DNA of 64,000 bases from Candidatus Eiseniibacteriota bacterium (GTDB lineage: Bacteria > Eisenbacteria > RBG-16-71-46 > JABDJR01). Positions 28,073 through 37,800 of the stretch are shown in pieces. Every line of letters begins with the position of its first letter. Within the stretch, counting starts at the first letter, position 1. The stretch is taken from contig CAWANH010000028.1 of the NCBI GenBank assembly GCA_963783375.1, forward strand, positions 1,344,001 to 1,408,000, written 5' to 3'. Below the pieces are notes generated by a model. It was given only the letters and a program-made list of their open reading frames with translations. It ran no database searches and was not told the origin of the DNA. Both the position numbers and the translations under genes were made by a program.

Positions 28073-29887
28073 ATGATGGCCAGGACCCCGGCCGCCCCGA
28101 CGGCGGCTCCCCCCATCCATCGAGGCGCCAGCCTCGGCGCCAGCATCCGGGCCTGGATGCTGGTGGTCGGGCTCATTCCCCTGGCGGCGCTCTTCCTTTC
28201 CGGTTATCTCTCCTCGCGCGCAGCCCTGGTCGAGGCGAGCGACGACCATCTGGTGAGCGTGGTGGAGGCCCGGCGGGCGCGTATCGAGGCCTGGCTCCAG
28301 GAGCGCACCACCGATCTCGACGTCATCAGCGGGAGCCAGGATTGCATCCTGCTCGTTCACCAGGCCGCATCCCACGAGAACCACGCCGACGTCTGCCGGT
28401 ATCTGGGATCCTTTCAGACCGGGGCCCGGGACTACCGCACGCTGGCCCTCTACGATCTCAACTGGAACTGGGTGGCCTCGAGCACCGGCACCCACGAACC
28501 GCTGGAAGCGGCCCGGAAGGCGTGGCTCGAAGAGCGGCTTCCCGCGAGGCGCGGGCCGGTCATGGGCCCGGTCCGGATGGGGCCCGACGGACCCACCCTG
28601 GCCGTGGCCAACGGGCTCTGGGCCCCGTCGGGAGAGATGGTGGGGTACGTCGTGGCCACCCTCGATCTCCGGGCCTCCCTCGCCCCGGTCCTCATGAACC
28701 GGGCCGGGCTCAAGCACACCGGCCGGGTGCTCCTGGCCGATTCCACCGGCACCGTGCTCCTCACCTCCGGCCCGCAGTTGCAGGCCGGGGCCTCGGTCCT
28801 TCCCCCCGCCATCGTCCGGGAGGCGGCCGGCCGGGCGGTGGGAAACGCGCACCTCCGCGGCGCCGATGGAAGCGTGTTCTCCGGGTTCACCCACGTGGCC
28901 GGTCCCGCCTGGCTCCTGGTGGCCGAGATGGACCAGAGCGAGGCCCTGTCCCTCCTCCACGCCCTTCGACGGGCCTTTCTCATCGCGGGCCTGCTCACCG
29001 TGGTGGCGGTCATCATCCTCTCGTCGCGGATCTCCAAGCGGCTGTCCACGCCTCTGGCCGAGCTGGCCGGGGCCGCGCGCCGAATCAAGGAAGGGCGGCA
29101 TCACGAGCGGATCCCGGAGTTTGCGGGACGCGAGGTGGGCGACGTCGGGAAGGCCATGAACGAGATGCTCGACGCGCTGGAGGAGATCCAGCGCCAGCGG
29201 ATCCAGGCCAGCACCCTGGCCGCGGTGGGGGAGCTGAGTTCCAGCGTGGTCCACGAGATCCGGAACCGGCTTTCGTCGGTGAAGATGAACGTTCAGGCCC
29301 TGGAGCGCCGGGTGGGCGACGACGAGACCTTCTCCGAGCTGGCCCGGATCGCGGTGGACCAGGTGCGCCGCGTGGAGGAGATGCTCTCCGATCTCCTCAA
29401 CTACGCCCGGCCGGTGTCGCCGGCGTTCGAGCCGGTCCGCGCGGTGGAGGTCCTGGAATCCATCGCCGGCGTGTTCAAGGCCGAGGCGGCTTCGCGCGGT
29501 CTGGGGCTGGTGGTGGAGGACCGGTCCGGGGGGGCGATGCTCTCGGTGGACCGGAAGCTCATGGAGCAGGTCCTCTCCAACCTGATTCGAAACGCCATGG
29601 AGGCCTCACCGGAGGGTGGAACGGTGACCCTGAGGGTGGTCGCGGGCCCCCCGCCGGACGCGAAGATCTCGCTGGAAGTGCAGGACGAGGGTCCCGGATT
29701 CGACGGCATTCCCCCCGAGGACCTCTTCCGCCCCTTCTTCACCACCAAGGAGACCGGGACGGGACTGGGGCTCGCCCACGCCCGGAAGATCACCGAGCTC
29801 CACGGGGGGCGCATCGAGGCCGGACGCACCGACCGGGGCGGGGCGCTCTTCCGGTTGGAGTTTCCCGAATCCGGAGGTAGCCGGTGA
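28073..29887 (+). CDS. Sensor histidine kinase (periplasmic Cache-like, HAMP, HisKA, HATPase)
   Basis: Two TM helices; VVHEIRN, NLIRNAMEA, DEGPG, FFTTK, GTGLGL; start uncertain (28004, 28052 or 28073). Confidence 0.92.
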   Translation: MMARTPAAPTAAPPIHRGASLGASIRAWMLVVGLIPLAALFLSGYLSSRAALVEASDDHLVSVVEARRARIEAWLQERTTDLDVISGSQDCILLVHQAASHENHADVCRYLGSFQTGARDYRTLALYDLNWNWVASSTGTHEPLEAARKAWLEERLPARRGPVMGPVRMGPDGPTLAVANGLWAPSGEMVGYVVATLDLRASLAPVLMNRAGLKHTGRVLLADSTGTVLLTSGPQLQAGASVLPPAIVREAAGRAVGNAHLRGADGSVFSGFTHVAGPAWLLVAEMDQSEALSLLHALRRAFLIAGLLTVVAVIILSSRISKRLSTPLAELAGAARRIKEGRHHERIPEFAGREVGDVGKAMNEMLDALEEIQRQRIQASTLAAVGELSSSVVHEIRNRLSSVKMNVQALERRVGDDETFSELARIAVDQVRRVEEMLSDLLNYARPVSPAFEPVRAVEVLESIAGVFKAEAASRGLGLVVEDRSGGAMLSVDRKLMEQVLSNLIRNAMEASPEGGTVTLRVVAGPPPDAKISLEVQDEGPGFDGIPPEDLFRPFFTTKETGTGLGLAHARKITELHGGRIEAGRTDRGGALFRLEFPESGGSR

Positions 29888-31263
29888 GCCGAATCCTCAT
29901 CATCGACGACGACAAGGCGCTGGCCCGTTCCCTGGAGATCCATCTCTCCGGGGAGGGCCATGAGACCCGGCGGGCCCACACCCTGGCCGAAGGCTGGAAG
30001 CGGTTCGAGGAAGAGCCCGACGACATCGTCTTTCTGGACCTGAAGCTCCCCGACGGGGACAGCCGCGAGCTCCTCGGCCGGATCCGCGAGCACCGCCCCT
30101 CGACCTCGGTGGTCATGATCACCGGCCACCAGGACATGCAGGCCACCATCGACGCCATCCGGGCGGGGGCCTTCGACTACATCCGCAAACCTCTCGATCT
30201 CGACCAGATCCTGGGCGCGGTGGCCAAGGCGGAGGCGCATGGGAAGCGGGGCTCGGAAGCCCCGGCGGCCTCCACGCTCCCCGAGGGCGCGGCCAGGCCT
30301 CGGGAGATCGTGGGAAGGAGCCCGGGGATCACCGAGATCCTGAAGCAGATCGCCATCCTGTCCCAATCCCGGGTCACCGTGCTCATCCAGGGCGAGACGG
30401 GAACCGGAAAGGAGCTGGTGGCGCGGGCGCTTCACGAATCCTCGGGGACCCCGGGGCCGTTCGTGGCGGTCAACTGCGGCGGAATCGTGCCCACCCTCCT
30501 GGAGTCCGAACTCTTCGGTCACGAGAAGGGCTCCTTCACCGGCGCGTCCAACCGCAAGATCGGGAAGCTGGAGCTGGCGGGAACGGGGACCATCTTCTTC
30601 GACGAGGTGGGGGACCTTCCCCTGGATCTCCAGGCCAAGCTCCTTCGCTCGCTCCAGGAGACCGAGTTCGAGCGGGTCGGGGGAACCCAGACCCTCCCCA
30701 TGAAGGCGCGGGTGATGGCCGCCACCCACCGGGACCTGGATCGGCGGGTGGGGGAGGGAACCTTCCGGCAGGATCTCTTCTACCGGCTGGCGGTGGCGCG
30801 GATACGGGTCCCCCCGCTTCGCGAGCGTCCCGAGGATATCCCGCTCATCGCGGAGTTCCTCCTGCGCCGGATCGGCGACCAGCTCGGCCGTCCCCCCGCG
30901 CACCTCACCCCCGCCGCGTTGAAGCAGCTCCAGGCGCACCCCTGGCCGGGGAACGTTCGCGAATTGGAGAACGTGCTCACCCGGTCGGTGGCGCTGCTGC
31001 GGGGCGGGGTGGTCGGGCCCGAGGACCTGGCCATCGAGTCGGCCGCCCCCGGGCCGGTCCCGGCCGGGTCGGTGGAGGGGGAGATCGTTTCCCTCCGGGA
31101 CATGGAGAAGCGCTACGTGGCCGGTGTTCTCGACCGGCTCGAATGGAACATCACCCGCACCGCCGAGGCCCTTGAGATCAGCCCCACCACCCTCAGAAAG
31201 AAGATCGCCGACCACGATCTCAAGCGGACCCCGCCCGGGGGGGCGGCGCCTCCTGGCCGCTGA
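29884..31263 (+). CDS. Sigma54-dependent response regulator (NtrC family)
   Basis: Receiver domain, GETGTGKE, ESELFGHEKGSFTGA, WPGNVREL, Fis-type HTH. Confidence 0.95.
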   Translation: MSRILIIDDDKALARSLEIHLSGEGHETRRAHTLAEGWKRFEEEPDDIVFLDLKLPDGDSRELLGRIREHRPSTSVVMITGHQDMQATIDAIRAGAFDYIRKPLDLDQILGAVAKAEAHGKRGSEAPAASTLPEGAARPREIVGRSPGITEILKQIAILSQSRVTVLIQGETGTGKELVARALHESSGTPGPFVAVNCGGIVPTLLESELFGHEKGSFTGASNRKIGKLELAGTGTIFFDEVGDLPLDLQAKLLRSLQETEFERVGGTQTLPMKARVMAATHRDLDRRVGEGTFRQDLFYRLAVARIRVPPLRERPEDIPLIAEFLLRRIGDQLGRPPAHLTPAALKQLQAHPWPGNVRELENVLTRSVALLRGGVVGPEDLAIESAAPGPVPAGSVEGEIVSLRDMEKRYVAGVLDRLEWNITRTAEALEISPTTLRKKIADHDLKRTPPGGAAPPGR

Positions 31264-31267
31264 GGTC

Positions 31268-31280
31268 ACCAGAAACTGGT
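31268..31280. promoter_or_regulatory. Candidate enhancer (UAS) palindrome for the sigma54 activator
   Basis: ACCAG-AAA-CTGGT about 80 bp upstream of the -24 box; related sites at 27818-27828 and 27839-27849. Confidence 0.5.
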
Positions 31281-31354
31281 GGGTGGGACCGGGAGAGTTC
31301 TCGGTGGCGCGTCTATAACTCATTTTCCTGCAATTATTTAACGGTCGAGCGAAG

Positions 31355-31371
31355 TTGGCATGCGACGTGCA
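31355..31371 (+). promoter_or_regulatory. Sigma54 (-24/-12) promoter of cusCBA
   Basis: TTGGCATGCGACGTGCA, i.e. GG-N10-GC, preceded by an AT-rich tract. Confidence 0.72.
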
Positions 31372-31431
31372 AAAGTCATCTATCGCATGCCTGGTGAGAT
31401 GGATCCCAACCACTTCGGGGAGACTGGCTTG

Positions 31432-32808
31432 GTGCAAAGGAATCAGTTCAACAAGAGACACGTTGTGTGGATCGCCGGAGGTTTGATCCTCCTGGGCGCG
31501 GCCGGGGGATGCGCGAGCAGCCGGGAGCGGACGGAGGTGGATCTCTGGCGGGTCGAGGCGGCCCGGGCCGAGGCCCCGGTGGACACCGCCGCGGTTGCGG
31601 TCGTCTCCGGTCCGGGCGCCAGTCTTCACGATCTCATGGCCCTGGCCTTCGAGCGGAACCGGTCGGTGGCCGCGGCCCGGCAGGATTGGAAGGCCGCCCT
31701 CGAGCAGGTTCCCCAGGCCCGCGCGCTCCCGGACCCGATGCTCACCTACGGCTATTTCCTCCAGTCGGTGGAGACGCGGGTGGGCCCGCAAAAGCAACGG
31801 GTGGGGGTGAGCCAGTCGTTCCCCTGGTTCGGCACCCTGGGCGCCAAGGGCGACGTGGCTCTGGCTTCCGCCCGGGCGGCCCGGGAGAAGTACGTCGCGG
31901 CCATGCAGAAGACCTACCGCGAGGTGAGCACCGCCTACGCGGAGTACTACTACCTGGGGTCGGCGATCGGGATCGTGCGGGACAACCTCGACCTGCTCCG
32001 CCAATGGGAGGAGATCCTCCGGTCCCGCTACAGCACCGGAACCGCCCGGTTCAGCGATCTCATCAAGGTCCAGGTGGAGTTGGGGAAGCTCCAGGACCGG
32101 GTGACCACTCTGGAGCAGCAGCGCCCACCGCGCCGGGCCCGTCTCAACGCCCTGCTCGATCTCCCCGCCGACACCCCCATTGCCTGGCCCGATTCGCTCC
32201 CCGAGGTGCCCCGGCCCGATCTCCGCGATTCCCTGGAGGTGCGTCTCCACGAGCAGAATCCCGAGCTCAAGGCGCTCCGGGCCATGGTGGAGAAGGAGAC
32301 GCACGGAATAGGCCTGGCCCGGAAGTCCGGGCTCCCAAGCTTCACCCTGGGGGTGGACTGGGTCCAGACCGATCCTCGGGACGTGTCCGGCCTTCTCGAC
32401 AACGGCAAGGACCCGGTCATGGCCATGGTCGGGGTCCGCATTCCCCTGTGGAGGGGAGCCGTGTCCGCGGGGGTGCGACAGGCCGAGGCCCGGCGGGCCG
32501 CCGCCGAAGCGAACCTGGCCGACCGGAGCAATTCCCTTCAGACCGACCTCGAGGACGCCCTCTTCCGGTTCGACGACGCCGGTCGAAAGACCGTGCTCTA
32601 CCGCGACTCCCTCGTCCCCAAGGTGCGGCAGTCTCTCGACGCCGCCTACTCCACGTTCGAGTCGGGCGGGGGCTCCTTCCTCGACGTGATCGACGCGGAG
32701 CGCGTTCTTCTCGAGTTCCGGCTGATCCTGGAGCGCGCGCGGGCCGACCTGCTCGAAGCCCGTGCCGCGGTCGACGCCCTGACCGGAGAGGGAGGCCTCG
32801 ACCGATGA
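31432..32808 (+). CDS. cusC: TolC/CusC-family outer membrane efflux lipoprotein
   Basis: Lipobox AGGC, LPDP, SQSFPWFG, FLDVIDAER; GTG start after GGGGAG. Confidence 0.88.
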   Translation: MQRNQFNKRHVVWIAGGLILLGAAGGCASSRERTEVDLWRVEAARAEAPVDTAAVAVVSGPGASLHDLMALAFERNRSVAAARQDWKAALEQVPQARALPDPMLTYGYFLQSVETRVGPQKQRVGVSQSFPWFGTLGAKGDVALASARAAREKYVAAMQKTYREVSTAYAEYYYLGSAIGIVRDNLDLLRQWEEILRSRYSTGTARFSDLIKVQVELGKLQDRVTTLEQQRPPRRARLNALLDLPADTPIAWPDSLPEVPRPDLRDSLEVRLHEQNPELKALRAMVEKETHGIGLARKSGLPSFTLGVDWVQTDPRDVSGLLDNGKDPVMAMVGVRIPLWRGAVSAGVRQAEARRAAAEANLADRSNSLQTDLEDALFRFDDAGRKTVLYRDSLVPKVRQSLDAAYSTFESGGGSFLDVIDAERVLLEFRLILERARADLLEARAAVDALTGEGGLDR

Positions 32809-32875
32809 CCGCTTCCACTTCGCCGGCCCCGGCGGCCGGCCGGTCCGATCCATCATCGAAAACGGAGTCTTGGAC

Positions 32876-34867
32876 ATGAGCAACCACGAGAACCCGATTC
32901 ACCCCGAGCCGACGCCCACGTCCCGGCCCCAGGACGTTTCAACGGCGCCTCCCAGCCCGCCCCCCCCGCGGGGTCCCCGGGTCGGGAAGCTTCTGCCGGT
33001 GGCGGGTCTGGTGGTGGTCGCCCTCCTGGTGGGCGCCTTGTGGGGGGGCGCGCTCCACAGGGGACTGGATGGGCTGTGGCATTCGGTGAAACCCGGTACG
33101 GAGGTCGAGGCCTCCTCGGATTCCAAGGAAGGCACCACCCAGTACTACACCTGCGGCATGCATCCCTGGGTGATCCTGCCCAAGCCGGGGAACTGCCCGA
33201 TCTGCGGCATGGAACTGGTTCCGCTCGATGCGAGCAAGTTCACCGGCGAGGTGACCATCGACCCGGTCGTGGTGCAGAACATCGGGGTCCGCATCGCGAA
33301 GGTCGCCGACGGCACCCTAACCCGCACCATCCGAACCGTGGGAACCGTGGAGTACGACGAGCGCCAGGTGCGCGACATCAACACCAAGGTCTCGGGCTGG
33401 ATCGAGAAGATCCAGGTCGACTATCTGGGCGCCGAGGTGAAGAAAGGCGAGCCCCTGTTCGAGCTCTACTCCCCGGAACTCTACGCGGCCCAGAAGGAGT
33501 ACCTCGTCGCCTACCAGAACCGGAGGAGCGGTGCGGCCGACTCGGCCGCGGGCATGGTGCCGGGCGCGGGCTCCCTGATGGAGTCCGCCCGCCGGCGGCT
33601 TCTCTTCTACGACATCACCCCGGAGCAGATCGCCGCCCTCCAGAAGTCCGGCGAACCGGCCAAGACCATGGTCATCCGGAGCCCCTACGCGGGCGTGGTC
33701 ACCGAGAAGCACGGAAACGAGGGGATGAAGGTCGATCCGGGAATGCGGGTCTACCGGATCGCCGACCTCTCCAAGGTCTGGGTGATGGCCACCCTCTACG
33801 AGTACCAGCTTCCCTACGTGCAGGCCGGACAGAAGGCGGTCATGACCCTGCCCTACATCCCCGGCCAGGAGTTCGAGGGCAGGATCGTCTACATCTACCC
33901 GTACCTCAGCGAGAAGTCCCGCGAGGTGAAGGTCCGGATCGAGTTCGACAACCCCTACGGGGTTCTGAAGCCCGGGATGTTCGCGAACATCGACCTCCAG
34001 AACACCCTCCCGCGGAAGCGGGTCCTGGTCCCCCGGGAGGCGATCATCGACACCGGGGAACGGCAGGTGGCCTTCGTCAGCCTCGGCGAGGGGCGCTTCG
34101 AGCCCCGCGAGGTCAAGATGGGGGCCGAGGACGGCGAGGGAAGGGTCGAGGTCCTGGCCGGACTCGAGCCCGGCGAGGACGTGGTGGTGAGCGGGCAGTT
34201 CCTGATCGACAGCGAGTCGAAGATCCGGGAGGCGCTGGCCAAGATGATCCGGGGAAACACGGCTTCGGACCAGAAGGCGGTGGTCGCCCAGGCGGCGCCG
34301 GCGCCGGCTTCGGACGAGGCGGTGAAGCTGCCGGATGCGGTCTCCGCGGCGCTGGGACGGGTCCTCGACCACTACCTGGCCATCGGAGACATCCTGGCCG
34401 GCGACGAGGTCAAGGGGATCGGCGGGCATGCCGGGCGGATCGCCGAGGAACTCCGGGCCGCGACCGCGGTGGAGATCCCCGGCCGGCCCGGATTCTGGAA
34501 GGAGCACCCCGAGGCCGCCGCCGCCTCGGCCGCCGCCCGGGCCCTGGCCGCCCCCGGAAACCTGGAAGAGGCCCGGAGCCGGTTCGCCGACCTGAGCGAG
34601 GCGCTGGCCGGGCTGGTGCAGACGACGGGAGTTCCCGCCTCCTATCCGAAGCAGGTGGACCGCCTTCATTGCCCCATGTTCCAGAAGGAGCAGGGCGGAT
34701 CGGTGTGGCTCCAGACCGAGGGGGACGTCCACAACCCCTACTTCGGGAAAGCCATGCTCAAGTGCCACGACGCGAGGAACGCGATGCCGGTCTCCGGCGC
34801 CGAGGCGACGGAGCCCGGTGGGTCCGACGACCGGGTGCATCAGGATGCCGGCGCGGGCGGGGAGTGA
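32876..34867 (+). CDS. cusB: CusB-type RND periplasmic adaptor with N-terminal HMBD and C-terminal DUF3347-like domain
   Basis: YYTCGMHP...CPICGMELVP, YSPEL, LKPGMF, GQFLIDSES, HCPM...NPYFGKAMLKC. Confidence 0.9.
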   Translation: MSNHENPIHPEPTPTSRPQDVSTAPPSPPPPRGPRVGKLLPVAGLVVVALLVGALWGGALHRGLDGLWHSVKPGTEVEASSDSKEGTTQYYTCGMHPWVILPKPGNCPICGMELVPLDASKFTGEVTIDPVVVQNIGVRIAKVADGTLTRTIRTVGTVEYDERQVRDINTKVSGWIEKIQVDYLGAEVKKGEPLFELYSPELYAAQKEYLVAYQNRRSGAADSAAGMVPGAGSLMESARRRLLFYDITPEQIAALQKSGEPAKTMVIRSPYAGVVTEKHGNEGMKVDPGMRVYRIADLSKVWVMATLYEYQLPYVQAGQKAVMTLPYIPGQEFEGRIVYIYPYLSEKSREVKVRIEFDNPYGVLKPGMFANIDLQNTLPRKRVLVPREAIIDTGERQVAFVSLGEGRFEPREVKMGAEDGEGRVEVLAGLEPGEDVVVSGQFLIDSESKIREALAKMIRGNTASDQKAVVAQAAPAPASDEAVKLPDAVSAALGRVLDHYLAIGDILAGDEVKGIGGHAGRIAEELRAATAVEIPGRPGFWKEHPEAAAASAAARALAAPGNLEEARSRFADLSEALAGLVQTTGVPASYPKQVDRLHCPMFQKEQGGSVWLQTEGDVHNPYFGKAMLKCHDARNAMPVSGAEATEPGGSDDRVHQDAGAGGE

Positions 34868-34870
34868 GCC

Positions 34871-37800
34871 GTGATTGCCAAGCTGATCGAACTGTGCGTG
34901 CGGAACCGGGGGATGGTCCTTCTCCTGACCGCCTTCCTGGTGATGGCGGGGATCTGGTCCGCCTATCACATCACCATCGACGCCATCCCCGATCTCTCGG
35001 ACGTCCAGGTCGTGATCCGGACCGAGTACCCCGGGCAGGCCCCCCAGATCGTGGAGGACCAGGTCACCTACCCGCTGACCACCGCCATGCTCGCGGTCCC
35101 CTACGCCAAGGTGGTGCGGGGCTACAGCATGTTCGGCACCAGCTTCGTCTACATCATCTTCGAGGACGGCACCGACCTCTACTGGGCCCGGAGCCGCGTC
35201 CTCGAGCAGTTGAGTTCGATCACCGGCAAGCTCCCCTCGGGCGTTTCTCCCCAACTGGGACCCGACGCCACCGGGGTGGGCTGGATCTACGAGTACGTCC
35301 TCACCACGGGTAAGTACTGCCCGGACCATCCGAACGGCGCCTGGCACGACGCGGTGACCGACACGTGGTACGCCAAGCCCGAGGACGCCCCGGACGAACC
35401 CGAGGTGCGGGCTCGCCTGGTGCATCACCGGGTGTTCGATGACACCCGCACCGTCTACGTGGACCGCCGGGAGAACCGCCGCTACGAGACGCTCCAGGAC
35501 GTCCCGGCAGCCATGCGGGCCAGCGTGGAGCCGGTGGTTCTCCAGAAGGGATACGACCGGTGCCCCCTGGACGGAAAACCCCTGCTCCGCCCCGACGCCG
35601 ACCTCGCCGACCTGCGAGGGCTTCAGGACTGGTATCTGCGCTACGAACTCAGTTCGGTGGAAGGGGTGAGCGAGATCGCCTCGCTGGGCGGGTTCGTGAA
35701 GCAGTACCAGATCGTGGTCGACCCGGTGAAGCTCCTCGCCTACAACCTCCCCCTGAGCAAGGTGCGGCACGCGATCCAGCGATCGAACATCGACGTCGGG
35801 GGTCGGCTGATCGAGCAGAGCGAGACCGAGTACATGGTCCGGGGGATCGGCTATCTGGGATCGCTCACCGACTCCGAGATCGCCGCGGCCAGAAAGGCGG
35901 GGAAGTCGGTCAACGCCCTGCGCACCCGGAAGGCCCTGGATGAGCTGCGCAAGGTGTCCCTGGGAGCGACGACCGAAGGAACCCCGATCTACCTCTCGAG
36001 CGTGGCCGACGTGCGGGTGGGCCCGGAGATCCGGCGCGGGGTGGCCGACTGGAACGGGCAAGGGGAGACCGTCGGCGGCATCGTGGTCATGCGTTTCGGG
36101 GAGAACGCCCGCCGGACGATCGAGAACGTGAAGGAGAAGCTCTCGAGCCTCGAGGCGGGCCTCCCCCCGGGAGTGGCCCTGGACGTGGCCTACGATCGGA
36201 GCGACCTCATCGACCGGGCGGTTCACACCCTCAATCACACGTTGATCGAGGAAATCGCGATCGTCTCGCTCATCTGTATTCTCTTCCTGCTCCACGCCCG
36301 AAGCGCCCTGGTGGCGGCGTTCGTACTGCCGACCGGGGTGCTGGCCACCCTCACCATCATGAACCTGCTGGGCATCAACGCCAACATCATGAGCCTCGGC
36401 GGGATCGCCATCTCCATCGGGGTGATGGTCGACAGCTCGATCATCATGGTCGAGAACGCGCACAAGCATATCGAATACGAGAAGCACAAGGTGGAGGCCG
36501 GAGGACCCGTGCGGAGCCGGGCCGCGATCATCGGCGAAGCGGCGGCCGAGGTCGGGCCGAGCCTGTTCTTCGCCCTCCTCATCATCGTGGTGAGCTTCCT
36601 CCCCATCTTCGTCCTCGGCGAGCAGTCGGGAAGGCTCTTCAAGCCCCTGGCCTACACCAAGACCTTCGCCCTGGCCTGCGGGGCCATCCTGGCCGTCACC
36701 ATCATCCCGGTCCTCATGGTGTTCTTCATCTCTGAGCGGGTGGTGCCTGAGGCCTGGAGTCTGCGGAAGCGCCTGTCCCTATACCTGGGGATGATCCTGG
36801 GGCCCGCGGCGGTGCTGGCCCTGATTCCGCTGCCCCATCTCCATCCGTACCGTTGGGGTATGGTGCTGGCGTGGGTCGTCCTGAGCGGGTTGATGATCCT
36901 CCCCCAGAGGATCCCCTCCGAGCATCGGAACCCCCTGAGCCGGGTGCTGGAGGCGGGGTACCGGCCCTTCTTCATCCTGGCCATGAGGTTCCGCTGGCTG
37001 GTTCTGATCGGGGCCGTGGCCGCGGTGGCGGTGACCGTAGTTCCCCTCCGGCACCTGGGGAGCGAGTTCATGCCACCGCTCGAGGAGGGGGACCTCCTCT
37101 ACATGCCGACCACCGACCCGGGCATCAGCATGACCAAGGCCCGGGAGCTGGTGCAGCAGACCGACGCCCTGATCAAGGCGTTTCCCGAGGTCGAGACGGT
37201 GCTGGGGAAGGCCGGGCGGGCGGAAACCGCCACCGACCCGGCTCCCCCCAGCATGCTGGAAACCACGATCACCTTGAGGCGCGACAAGGACCAGTGGCGC
37301 CGGATCCCGTTGCACCGTTTCTTCAGCGGCTGGCCGGGAATACTCCGGGCTCCCCTGAGGGCGATCTGGCCGGAAGCGCGGCCCATCACCATCGACGAGC
37401 TGGTGTACGGCTACAACTGGCCGGACGGGACTCACGTTCCCGGTCTGAACGAGGTCGTGCACATACCCGGGTTGACCAACAGCTGGACCATGCCCATCAA
37501 GACCCGGATCGACATGCTCTCGACCGGCATCAAGACCCCGGTCGGGGTCAAGATCATGGGCCCGGACCTGGCCACCTTGTCCGGTCTCGCCAACCAGGTC
37601 GCCCAGGTGGTGAAGACCTCGAACGGCACCGGCCCCTACACGGTGAGCGCCTTCCCGGAGAAGAGCGTGGGGGGGAACTACTTCGACATCCATGTGGACC
37701 GGGACGAGATCGCCCGCTACGGCCTGACCGTGGGGGACGTCCAGGACGTCATCATGTCCGCGATGGGCGGAATGAACGTGAGCGGAACCGTCGAGGGCCT

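Noticed and set aside
30529-30546. GSFTGA instead of GAFTGA as a sign of a sigma54-independent regulator
   Set aside because: A common conservative variant, and two matching -24/-12 promoters flank the locus.
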